Source of the DNA: Camelus dromedarius
Lineage: Eukaryota
Reading direction: 5' to 3'
Assembly: GCF_036321535.1 (NCBI RefSeq)
Contig: NC_087436.1
Coordinates: forward strand, 96,102,001 to 96,166,000
Length of the DNA: 64,000 bases
Shown: positions 25,701 through 37,400 of the stretch, in pieces
Position numbering within the stretch: position 1 is the first letter of the stretch
Layout: each line of letters starts with the position of its first letter
Translations under genes and position numbers: made by a program
The notes under the pieces: model-generated
The model's input: only the letters and a program-made list of their open reading frames with translations
What the model was told of the DNA's origin: nothing
Database searches by the model: none

Positions 25701-27663
25701 GAAAAAAGAGGAAATTAATAGTAATAATCAGGATTTTAATTTTTCTTAATTTGGAACTCGAGGCTTTGAACTGTCTCACGTTAAATAGCTAAGTAAATAA
25801 TAGTGCCTGTTTTCTCTAAGTCACCTGTTTTCTGTGTAATGCTGTAGAAACTGCACAGTGCAGGCTCTGGAATTAGATAGTTCATGCCCCAGTCCTGGTC
25901 TGTTCCTTTTCAGCTGTGTAATCTTGGGCAAGTTCCTTAGCCTCTGATGCCTCAGCTTCTCCATCCATAAAGTGGGCTTAATAATGATAATCCCGCCTAC
26001 CTGGTAGAGATTTTGTTCCTTGGCACTTAGTAAGTGCTACGTAGACAAATGCTTGATGTTATTATTACAGTATTATATCAGGCGAGACCTATTTAAACAC
26101 TTAGCAAATGAAGGTGTGAAAAATTAATGGTTTTTGATACTTAATTTTCCTGAGGCTTAGAGAGACATAACCTATAAGACGTAGTTTTGTTTATTTGATA
26201 TTCAGGTAGAGGCTTACTAAAGGTGGTTAGCTGAATTCTGGCTCACGAGGCAGTAGAGAGGTAACATTTAACTTGTTTTGTTTTCCATATTAGTGAGAGG
26301 TGGGACCATTCAGAGTCGTAAGTTATTCTAACTCTAACTTAGTGTTGGGTGATAGATGTATAGAGACTAGTAGGGAACTGCTGAATTGCATTTAAGTAAT
26401 TCGCAGGTGAACCCTTGAATAACTTTTAATGTCGTTTACATTTTACTTGGAATAAAGTGCTCTGATTCTCACCATCCCCAGGGCTGGTAAATCACAAGTG
26501 TTCAGCGATTGCCACTTGGGAAACCCGCTGTTGCCAAATATATGAACACATTTAAATTGCTGTGAAGCGATAACTCAGTAAAGAGCAACCTTCAGACTTG
26601 CCAGTAAGAGCTAAATCTAATGTCAGAAAAGCTACAAGGAGTGCAGAACTTCTCACTGGCATGATTCAGGGAAGAGCAGAGAAGGCAGGGCATCAGAAGA
26701 TCTCATGGCGCCTGGAGTGTCTCTGTGTGACTGGTGGGGCGGTGCGTGGTGGGTGTGACTGTGTGGCTTCCAGGTGTGACTGCCTGAGGTGGGATCACTG
26801 CTTTCCCATTATTAATTGTGTGGCCTTCGGTGAGCTATTGAACCTCAGTTTCCTCCTGTGGAAAGGAGGATTGTGGTTGGCTTGTGGATTCATTGGAAAG
26901 ACTGAGTTACTGACTCTGCGGTGCTGGGCACGGGAGTGCCTGGTGCATGGAAAGCGCTCTGTAAATGTCGGCCACTGTTGTTATTAATCAGACAGTCTTT
27001 TCCTTCCTTAACCCTCTGTCCTTTGAGCTCTTAGTGTTCACTGTCCAATCTGTTTAGGCTTCTAGTTTCTGAAAACATGGTTCTAATTTTTAAAGAGACC
27101 AGATCCTTTTTTTAAGGGAGACTTTTACCAAGGCACATGTGTGTCCTAATCAAAGATGTGTTGTGGCTTCTGTGGAACCTTAACATAATAGTGGAATTAC
27201 AGTTTTATCTTTATAATTAGAACTGTATAGTAAGCAATAAACGCTAAAGAAAAAGTTGATGTCTTCCTTCCAGATAAATTTTTCCTGAGGTTCTTAATTT
27301 CTCTCCATCTATCTCGTTTTACCATGCAAGTGGTCACACTGGGATTTCTGAATTGCCTTTTCAGTAGAAGAAAGTTTTGCTTTATTTCTGCCAGCTTGAG
27401 TGCTCACTTGTATAAGACAGTAATCATCAAATTTCCCTACCCTACCCCCTAAAAAAGATAGATCAGTCTTGTTAGATATGGTGGGGTCCCATGGTGACGG
27501 GAGCTGAGAGTAGCGTGTGGGTGGAGTGTCGTCTGCCCCTCCTGTCCTTCCTGGCATTTATGCCAGCCCACTCCTGGTTCTGACAGCTGTGTGCCCATGC
27601 AGAAGGCACCTTGTAGCATTAATGTGCTGTGGTAAAAAAGTGCTACTTTAAAGTATGTGTTTG

Positions 27664-27920
27664 GAGGAGATTGCCAAGATGTTGGTGTAGAAGGACACGT
27701 AGCTCACTCTCTCCCACTAATACATCAAAAACTGCATCCACATACAGAACCATTCGCACAGAGTACCCACTGAGCTTTGGCAGGATATCTCTTCCATCGG
27801 AAATACAAGGAAAGTCCTCACAAAACTGGATAAACAACAAGTTTATACTGTATAGCACAGGGAACTTTATTCAGTATCTTATAGTAACCTATAATGGAAA
27901 AGAGTATGAAAAGAAAAAAA
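27664..27920 (+). mobile_element. L1 5'UTR/3'UTR chimeric (apparently spliced) non-autonomous insertion
   Basis: Perfect 15-bp TSD taaagtatgtgtttg (27649-27663, 27921-27935); L1-like 5' start to 27829; L1 3'UTR from 27830; short A-rich end. Confidence 0.8.
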
Positions 27921-30284
27921 TAAAGTATGTGTTTGTTTATCGATATGGGCAGATCCTCATCTATAGAATGAAATGAAAAGAAATTTAACAATGTCAAGTG
28001 CACCATGACACAGTCCCAGAAATAAGGCTGCAGTTGGACATTTACAAGCCATACAGAACGTGGTGTCTTCTTTCCTCTAGGTTATCACTCCGATAAGACA
28101 GGTATTTACCTGGAAATTGATAGCTGTTGTACCAGTCAAGGACTCCCTTAAGCCTTTGTTTGTGAAGAGGGAGAGCCCAGAACTGTGAATCAGTGCTGGG
28201 TAGCTTTCAATAGAGCCTTGAAAAAGGTTGACTTTTCTTTTTCTGCTTAGGGTCTGGTATTAGTAGTCAGCACTTTAAGCAGAAAGTTGTAGTTTTCACA
28301 ACTACAAAGATACTGTGCACAGTGCAGTTTTAATCAGCTGCAGAAGGCCGTAGTCAAAGAAAGCCAACATGATTGTGTAGATGATGGCATTGATCATAAT
28401 AGCTAACTTTGAGGGGGTGCTGACAGCATGGCCCTGTACTTATTAAGCATTGTATATGTATCCTCTTCTGTAAAACTCCCAGGAACCCTACGAGGGATGC
28501 TGCAGAGAGGCCAAAGTTCAACAGTTAGTCATAGGGGTTTGGATTTGGAGACAGGCCACTGGCTCCACACCTCTCCTTCGTAGCCCAGCCCTTGGTCTTG
28601 CATTCTTACTCCTTAAAGGTGGTCAAACCTGTGCAAAGAACTCTAAACAGGAAGCTCTGCTATGTTGGAAAGAAAACTCTGACTGTGATGAAACGTCATA
28701 TTCTAGGCGTGAAGTCCCTTGCTCTTGACCTTCTTGCTTCTCTTGATGCAAAAATGTCCAAGTCTCAGGGAGCAGGTGATAAAAGAAGAGACATAAAAAC
28801 AGTTGAATGCCTATTTTCTAGATAGTGGCCTAGTTTGCAGTTTTACTGGGAAAATTCTCTCTTGTTTCTTACAGTTTTTCCTTTAGGGCAGTTTTGCTAT
28901 TTCTATACCTCTGGCTTTTCTACTTTTTTCCCCTGTGGAATGTCTTCCACATTAATCGACTCTCAACTGAAGGTATTCCTAGACTTGACTTTGTTCAGTT
29001 TTGCAGCACAGATCCACAGTCAGCTGTGTTAGGTTGTAGCAATGCAGCAGGGCATTAGTTATTCATTTATAATTAATAACTCAGCTCATGATGTTTTAGG
29101 GGACAAGGCTTTATTTCCTGTTCAGCTAAGGGGATAAGTGTCCTTTTACCCAATCTAATTAGTTCGGGGAATATCTTTCTCTCCATCGCACCCCCCACCA
29201 CAACCATTGTGAATGTTGTAAATGACAGTGACAGAAAAGTGTAATATGGATAATACCAGACTATACATCTTGAAGGATGCGCTGTAAAATAACTAAAAAG
29301 TGATGCTTAAATTAAGACATCTTTACCCACTTTTTGCTGCTGCTTCATATTTCTGCAAGGTGGTTTCATCTCTATCTTTCTTTAGCATTTCTAGGACATC
29401 ACAATTTTGGCAGACAAGAGAATGTTTTATAACCTGGTGTAGGTTGGCCTCCGTGTTGTGCATGTTTCAGAATACACAGGCAGATCGAGAATTTTAGTCT
29501 TGTCGTGGGCTATCCCAGTCTTCAAAACAGAAGGGTAAGAGGGTTCATAACTGTCTGTCGCTTAGATGGGACAACAGTTTAAAAAAAAAACCTGAAAAGT
29601 AGAAAATTATTTTACAAGTTTACAAGGGGCTTCATTTGTAATGTGGGCATGGGCGTGGACCGGTTGTTGGAAGAACTTAAACATATAATACAGAGCCCTC
29701 TGAGCTACAAAGAAGACCTAAGACTGAGTGAGCATTTATCCTTGTGTTCTGACTTGCCCAGTGAGTCTCAGCCACGCTGCCTGATTACTCAGTGGAGACG
29801 CAGAGTTATCTCAGTTTGGTGTGGCTTGGGAAAGACAGCTCACCTGGCACATCTGAGGTTCCTTGTGGTGGACCACGTTCACCTGCCGCTCGTTACCTGA
29901 CAGAGGTGGCTGAAGGGTTAAAGCACAGGTTCCCGGGAGGGAGTGGCACCTGACTCACAGGGAGCGGGCCACCAGTCCCCTCAGAGACTCCTGTCAGAAC
30001 AGACTGATGCCCTCAGTCTACGGTGCTTCTCAAGTTCTGTCCTTTCTTGTTTAAAAAACCTTGATAAAGAGGTCCTTTTGAAATTGTAGGACTTAAATTT
30101 CCTTAGACCAAATTCTAGAAGAAACGTGGAATGGGGGAAGGAATGCAGTTGGGTGGAGTGGGAGGGGGTGGGACTGGTGAGGATGGTTTGTAATTCCTCT
30201 GTGTGTTTCAATATTTCGGTAGATTAATGTGTGATATGATGTTGTCCTTTTACAAAGCTTTACCTCTTTTGTTTTCTCTTGCAG

Positions 30285-32325
30285 GAGTGACTTCACTTGA
30301 AGAGTTCTAAGAGACTGAAAACTTATGACATATGAAGTTGCCTAGGGAATTATTTTTTTATCTTTTATACAATTTCTAGGGTGGAGTCTGCAGGCATGTG
30401 GATGAAAGCTAAAAGGGAATGTTGTTGCTATGCTGGACACAGAATTCAGTTTGCTTTGAAACAAGTTTTGGTTTAAAAAAATGTCTGATGGAAAATTGAT
30501 TACATTTTCAGGGAGGAAGAGAGTTCATTTTTTTATCTTCCCAGCCATCACCCCCTCCCAATCTCCCGTTGGTGGCCTTGGTGTACACACTCCAGTTTTT
30601 CCAGTACGAGCACTGTGTACAGTGAAACTATTCGTGTACAGTCTGAGCTAATACTCAGGGTGCGTGTGCGTGTGTACATGCGTGTCTGTGTGTGTGTGTT
30701 TCTGTTCCCCTACCCTCAGATCTCATTTGGCTACTGGTTGTCAGAAGATCCTCTCACAGTTTAACTGTTACAGAAGATAGAAGATGAATCTTTGGTGGTG
30801 AAGGCTTCTTGAAGATAATCCAGTCTAGCACTGGGCAGTGGATCCCCCAGAAGATCACAGAGTCAGAGGGAGCCAGGTGCTAGAGTTTGGATTCCGAGAC
30901 CAGAATTCAGCCCAGACCTGCTACCAGCCTGCCACTCCTAGGTCACTTATAAAATATTGAGAGTTTGGGTTGTTCTTGTTTTTTTTTTTTTAAACTCAAC
31001 CTAAGCAAATCTTATTTAGCCATTGAATAAAGGAGGAAATGGTTAAAGTCACTAAAAAGAAGTCTTGTTTTGATAAAACAAGACAGTCTCCACTTTTGGT
31101 ACAAGATGGGCCCACACCTCCCTCTGGTATGTTGTCCTTGGTGAGTTTCCTGTTCTCTGTCTTGTAACTCATGCTCCCTATAAAGGACTCTTGAGGATTA
31201 CCCTACCGGTTTTTTGGGGTTTTTTGGGTTTTTTTTAACTTTGCAGTTTACAAAACACCTGCAAGCACCCAGAGGCAAGGTAGCAGTACATTTGCGGTAG
31301 GTCTGGGCCAAGGGGTGAGGGCGTCCAGTCACAGGGAAACCTCTGAGACCTGCCTCCACGGCAGTGTTGGTGTGGTGCCTTGGGTACTTCTTTTATTTCG
31401 AAAAGAAAACACATTTCTCATTTGACTCCCAAAAGATGATTCCCATCAAAATGTACTTTAAAGTATTTACTGTAAATATACTCATTTCATTCTTTTTTTT
31501 TGGCATCAAACTAAAAATTTCTAACCTTTTAAGTGAATGGTTGGTTCAATTTCACATGAATTTTTGCTGACAACTAGTTAAAAGGTGTATGTGCGTATAC
31601 ACACAATGGACTCGAAGAAGTCAGTGCGGAAGTAAATTTCACTGAGGTCCAGAAAGTAGCAATATAGGAATTCTGGGGGTGTGCATTAGTGTAAATAATG
31701 TATGTGCAGTCTAGACCAACCGTTTTTAGTTTTTAAAAAATCATTTTTTTATTTTAAAATTATTTTGCCCTCCAATGGTGAGGGATAAAGTATAAGATAT
31801 TCTTTAGCTTTAATTATTTTTTAATTTTATTCAAATCAGAGCACTTTTTTTGATAGCAATACAACAGGCAAGAAAATACTCAGAAATATTTAAAATTGTA
31901 TTTATACTAAGAGTACGTTTTAAATATTTTCTAATCCTTGAGCAGTGGTTTCCCAGGTGGCTTCCGAATATGCCAAATGTTAAGCAATTCAATATTTTCA
32001 ACACATATGCTTTTTACTGGTTCATATTATCTAATAAGGATTCCTGAGTGTTCCCAAAGCAACTGATGTTTACAGGCCTTCTGTGTTTTTCCTCCTCCTT
32101 TGGAAGGTTCAGGGAACCACAACAAAGTTACTGTATAAAACACTAATGATGGACTAACTGCTGATGTGATAAGTGAGTTGGCTACCACCTTGATGTCAAC
32201 ATTTGTAAAGGGAATTTTTCACCATTTTGAGCGTCAGTTGTATTTTTAACTGTCCGGTTTGTACTTTTACGGCTTTTGTACTACCAAAGCAGAGTTAAAA
32301 ATAAAAACGTTACACACAGTGAGTT
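30285..32325 (+). other. RELL1: Probable RELL1 terminal non-coding exon (3'UTR)
   Basis: Strong acceptor ctcttttgttttctcttgcag|GAG at 30284; repeat-poor AU-rich ~2 kb; AATAAA at 32300; the donor after the stop needs a downstream exon. 3' end approximate. Confidence 0.7.
32300..32305 (+). terminator. Candidate distal polyadenylation signal of RELL1
   Basis: AATAAA preceded by U-rich sequence with several TGTA motifs and followed by gtgagttgctctt. Confidence 0.65.
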
Positions 32326-32509
32326 GCTCTTGAATGATCCAGTTGTTGGCGCCCCGGGTACTGAAAGTGCACCTGTGGCGGGATGGTTTACCGACCTTAG
32401 TATTACAGGGCCTGATTGCTTTCTTGGTCTGACTTGTCAAGTGCTCATTTGGCTGACCTTCCTCATTGGATTTTCGCCCCCAGAATAATACCACCCCCAC
32501 CCCCTGATG

Positions 32510-34430
32510 ATTATTTTTTAAATCTGGAGATAATTTTCGATGTTTGGAAGGCTTGCAAAAGCAGCACAAAGAGTTCTTATGTACTCTTCACCCCGCATTC
32601 CCTTATGTTAACATCTTACGTGACCACAGAGCAGTGATCAAAACTAAGAAATTAACACCAGTGCAATACTATGGATTAAGTCATGACATTATTCCCATCT
32701 CACCAAATGTCCCACTAACATCCTTTTTCTTTTCCAGGACCCTCCCCGTTGCATTTAGTTGTCAGCTTCCTTCATCTCCTCTGATCTGTGCTTGTCCCTC
32801 AGTCTCTTCTTGTTTTTCATGGTCATGACACGTTGTAGTGTGCTGGTCAGTTACTGTGTAGAATGTCCTTCAACCTCAGTGTGCCGCTGTTTTTTCTGAT
32901 TAGATGCAGGGTTTGCGTTATGAAAAGGATGCCCTTCCAACTGCTCCATGTTGGGGGAGGGCGGGGGAGGACATGGTGTCGGTAGGTATTACTAGTGATG
33001 TCATTTGGTCAAGGTGGTGGCCACCAGCTCTCATTCTGGTACAGTCACTGTTCCCCCCTGTGTTATATAAGTATTCGAGGGGAGATACTTTGAGATTAGG
33101 CACTATTTCCACTTAAGTTTTCACCCTTTAATTTTATCATCTGTGTTAATTTCTTGGGGCTCCTGTAAAAAACTGCTGCAAACTGGGTGGTCTAAAACAA
33201 CAGAAATTTATTCTTTCACAGTTTAGGAAGCCAGAGGTCTGAAACTGAGGTGTCTGCAAGGTTGGTTCCTTCTGAAGTCCCCCAGGGAGAATTGGTTCCA
33301 TGCCTCCTACCTTCTGGTGGCTGTGGGTAGCCCTTGCTTCACAGCTGCTTCACTCCAGTGTTTGCCTCTGTCTCCACATGGACCTCTTCCCTGCCTGGGG
33401 GCCTCTGTCCACTCATCTTCTCATGGGGACACCAGTCATTGGATTTAGAGCCCACTGCAATCTAGTATGGCTTCATCTTAACTTGGTTACATTTGCAAAG
33501 ACTCATTCCAAATATGGCCATATTCACGGGAACCTGGAGTCAGGACTTCAACTTTTCAGGGGACACAATTCAGCCCACCACACCATCCACTGGTGGATCT
33601 TGCCTGCAGCTGCTTTTACTGTGGGAGGGGCTCTTTCAGGACCGGGCCGGTGTCCTTTCAATACGGCTCCTCTTTATTCCTTCCTTCCTCCTTTCCTCTC
33701 TTTCTTCTCCCTTTTGCTCTTCCTCACTTTCTAGAACCACAAGATGCTCCAGGCTCATCTTCTCATCTTGTATATTCCTTGTCTCAGCGTTGGAATCCAC
33801 CACTATTCAAGGAGCCCTGGTTCCTTTATTGGAGAACAGTGTTTAGAAATGAAGATCGGGCAGTAGGTGTCCTCGTTGATCCTGGGGTGTCACTGCTTCT
33901 GGGCATGCACATACCTACACACACACTACTCACCCATACATTTACACACAGCTTTATGTATCTATCTTTAGGAAAAAAGTGCGAGTCATGACTGATGCCT
34001 CTGATCCCAGTCTAGCTCCAAACGGTTCGCTCGAACCTTCCAGCTTTCCTTCTTTGTAACTTTTTTCTCCTACAGTGAAGAAAACTGGTTCTTACTAGCT
34101 ATACTATTTTTACAGACGTGTCAACTTTAACATATACATAAAGTAGCTTGAACATATACCCCTGCGGGAAATAGATTTCCAGCTAGAGCACAGTGTTGTG
34201 TACTATTCTTCTAGGTTTTAGCCTTAGAGAATCTAGGCAGAAGCCCGTTTATCAAAGTTACTTAAGTCAGCGCCTTCACCCCTACCCTTTGGTGTGGTTA
34301 TGTGATTCAGTTTTAGCAGAGTCATTTGTCTTCACCTGAATTCCATCTTTCCTTCATATCCTTATTAATTTTTTAAAAAATTTATATACAGCAGGCTTTA
34401 CTGTTTGTGGTGCCTCATTGGATTTTGACC
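32510..34430 (-). mobile_element. Ancient L1 (L1MC/ME-like) 3' region interrupted by an LTR
   Basis: gttaacatcttacgtgaccacagagcagtgatcaaaactaagaaattaacacc; caaggagccctggttcctttattggagaacagtgtttagaaa. Confidence 0.7.
33142..33582 (-). mobile_element. MaLR solo LTR (MLT1) nested in L1
   Basis: TG...CA termini, aaactgggtggtctaaaacaacagaaatttattctttcacag, ends ggggacacaattcagcccaccaca; 5-bp TSD tcatc/ccatc. Confidence 0.88.
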
Positions 34431-37400
34431 TTGAATTTTCAAGTGTGTCCGGTTGGTTTTTTGTCTTTATTTTTGTTTTATTTATTTATTTTGCCTTGAA
34501 AACAAGATGATCAAGAACTTAGGCTAAGGAAGTAGAAAAGGTGATTTCTACAATTTTCAGCTCATGAAAACCAGGAACCCCAGAATGAATGCACCAGGGA
34601 GGATGTTAGGAAGTCCCCAAATCTCACAGGGGAAGGGGTCACTTGGGTGACAGGTGCTGTTCTTAGTTGACCCGTCTTTTGATGTCGTCGCTAGGCTCCT
34701 CCCTAGGAGTCAGCTCTCCCCCGGCACCGTCAGGTCCTGGGGAATTGTGCGTGCCTTGTGTGCTCCCGCACTTCCTTCTCAAATCTGGATATCTAGGCTT
34801 CCTGCGCCCAGATCTGATCTAGTGGAAAGGTAAGGAGACCCTCCCTTCCCTCCCGCGGACGACAGCAGAATGCTGGGGCTTGGAAGTGGGGGTCCCGCGA
34901 CTCAGGGCTGGGCTGCGGTCAAAGGAGACTGTGTTTTGCCCCTGATGTCCTTGCCAGTTCTTAAATCCTCTGACCCTTGTGTCTGTGGGGCAGGTTCTAC
35001 CCAGGGCTTCCTTTGTTCATTCCTCATCTTCCGAGGACCATTCCTCAGGACTGTTCTCAGATCTTCTTGGAGGTCCCTCATGGGAGCGCCGAACCCCTGA
35101 AAGGGCACTTGGGACTTCTGTGCCCCCGGCGCTCTGTAGCTGCCCAGCTGGTGTCAGGGCTCACCGGATTGATTCCGCTGCTGTCCCGGCAGCGGGTAGT
35201 CGGCCTTGTACAAAGCTGGCGCGTGCCCCCTCTGCCGGCCGAAGGTGAGAACTGCAGACAGCCTAGCTTCTTGGCCATTTATTATTTCTTTCAGTTCAGA
35301 AATTATGTACGCATGATTATTTAATGAATACATAAATAACAAAAGTCTGCCTGTAAAAATGAAAGAATATCATTAGCTATTTTATGGGTGTGAAAATTTC
35401 AGTTTGCGTTTTTCCTAACCCATTTTCTGACTCTACCAGTGGGTCTCTATTGTCTTTCTCAGAGGAAACCCCAGGTTCTGACCTGGGAACTTGTTTCTCT
35501 GCAGGCGTGACCTTTGATGCTGGTAGGAATAACTGAGTTTCATTTTGGAGGAAACCCCTTGCCCTGAATCCTGCCATGGAAGTGGTGTGACCATGAGAAG
35601 CAGTGTGGTCTGGGAGAACTAGCCTGGCCTTTGCTGTTGGTTTTGAATCCTGGCTCTGCCACTCACTGCCGTGTGATACTGGGAAATTACTTTCTAAGAC
35701 GCAGTTTCCTCATATGTAAAGTGACCTATCTCCCAGGATTTTTAAAGACTAGAAAAATGCATGCAAATCATGGTGCCTGCTGCAGTCTCCAGGACCACCG
35801 CGACAGAGGACACTGCCATTGTAAGCATCCAGGCTTGGTAAGCTACCCGGTAAGGGGTCTGTGGGTGTCTGTCCCACCACAGCTGATCAAGGTGGCCTGT
35901 GAAGAGGTCCAGCACACATAGCTTTGTCCAAGGGTAGAGCTGATCCAGGAAACTTCTTGCTCTGAAGCTGAACCACAGTTAGAGTTCAAAGCCTCATGGA
36001 AGAGCCACGGAATAGAAGAGGAGCCACATTTCAAGGAGGCAGAAGTACAGGAGTAGAAGAAAGAGCTGAGGATGAAGAGGTAGCGTGTGCAGGGGGCAGT
36101 TCATACTCCATCAGCTCTTCTGGAATGGTGCTCCCTCCTTTGGAGAACTCTTCTCCTTCTTCTTAGAACCCATCCAGGTGCCCTGCTGACGGAGCTGGAT
36201 GTGACTGAGGTGGGCCTCAATGGGGCCTCTCCCTGGGATGTTTGAAACTGGAGCTGGAGAAAGTGGTTTATTTCTTTTCTTTCTTTCTTTTTTTAATTGA
36301 AGTATAGTCAGTTACAGTGTGTCGATTTCTGGTGTACAGCACAATGTTTCATGTATTTCTCATGCTGGAGGCCTGCTTCCTGCCTTGTGGAGGAAACTGA
36401 TCTGAAGAAAGGAAGGGATCATGCAGAGAGAAGAGAGGCCATCCTGGTTGCTGTTGAGACCCAGATTCAGTTGATCCCAAGGCCCTAATGCCCTTTTGAG
36501 TTTTATGGACATTCCAGGGACATTCCTCTTTTATCTTACCTCCTTTGGGTTGAGTTTCTATCACTTGCAACAACAACATCCCAGGGCCAATGCAATTACT
36601 CTGAGAAGTGGACACACGGGAGTGTCAGGGCCACAAGGGTAAGTGATGCCAGGTGTCCAGCCTTACGGCTGAGACTGCCCAGTGCTGCCTCGGATCCATA
36701 GCCAGGTGCCCTGGCCCTGGCGTGGCTTCTGCTCTGAAATGCTCTTGCAAACCCTTTCCCTTTTATTGCCTTAGGAAAACCTCCCTTTCACCATCATTCT
36801 TTGATTTACCATAGGGCTGGTTATTACAGCTCCCATAAGAGCACAACTTTGGCGTTCAGATGACTTTGGTCATCTGTGACCTTAAGCTTTTCAGATCTCA
36901 ATCTTCTAACTAAAGGGTGAAGATAATATGTGCCTCTTAGGATGGCCGTGAAGACTGTACAGGCTTGGACAGATAGTGAACTTAGCATGGGGCTGAGTAG
37001 GACCAGGGCTCACTCAGAGCTGCCTCAGAGTTGCCAAATTCGCACTGTCTTTCGTGAAATAAATGATAGAGTGATGAGAATCTGGTCATTTGAGAGTGGA
37101 TTCTTGATGCCTCTGCCACAGTCACATCACTTAGCATTTGAGGATGGATCCAGGGTAGTGGTGGGAGGAAATGGGAGAGGAGGAGGGACCGGGTAGAAGA
37201 GGGAACATTTGAGGTTCTTTCTGGGCCTGAGATTCTTCTGGAACCAAGTCAGATACGTTAAGTGAGAGAATGATCTCATTGTTCTGATGTTAAATGGGCC
37301 CAGATCTACAAGATAAAGGGTGTGCTGTTTCCCTGGGTGTTCAGGTGGTAGTCTTATCTTATCCCTCTTAGGATAAGACTTGAATGTGGTCTAGTCTTAA

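Noticed and set aside
28081..28101. 21-nt micro-exon (tttcctctag|...cag|gtattt) in RELL1 intron 6
   Set aside because: Weak donor, such pairs are common by chance, and no supporting evidence
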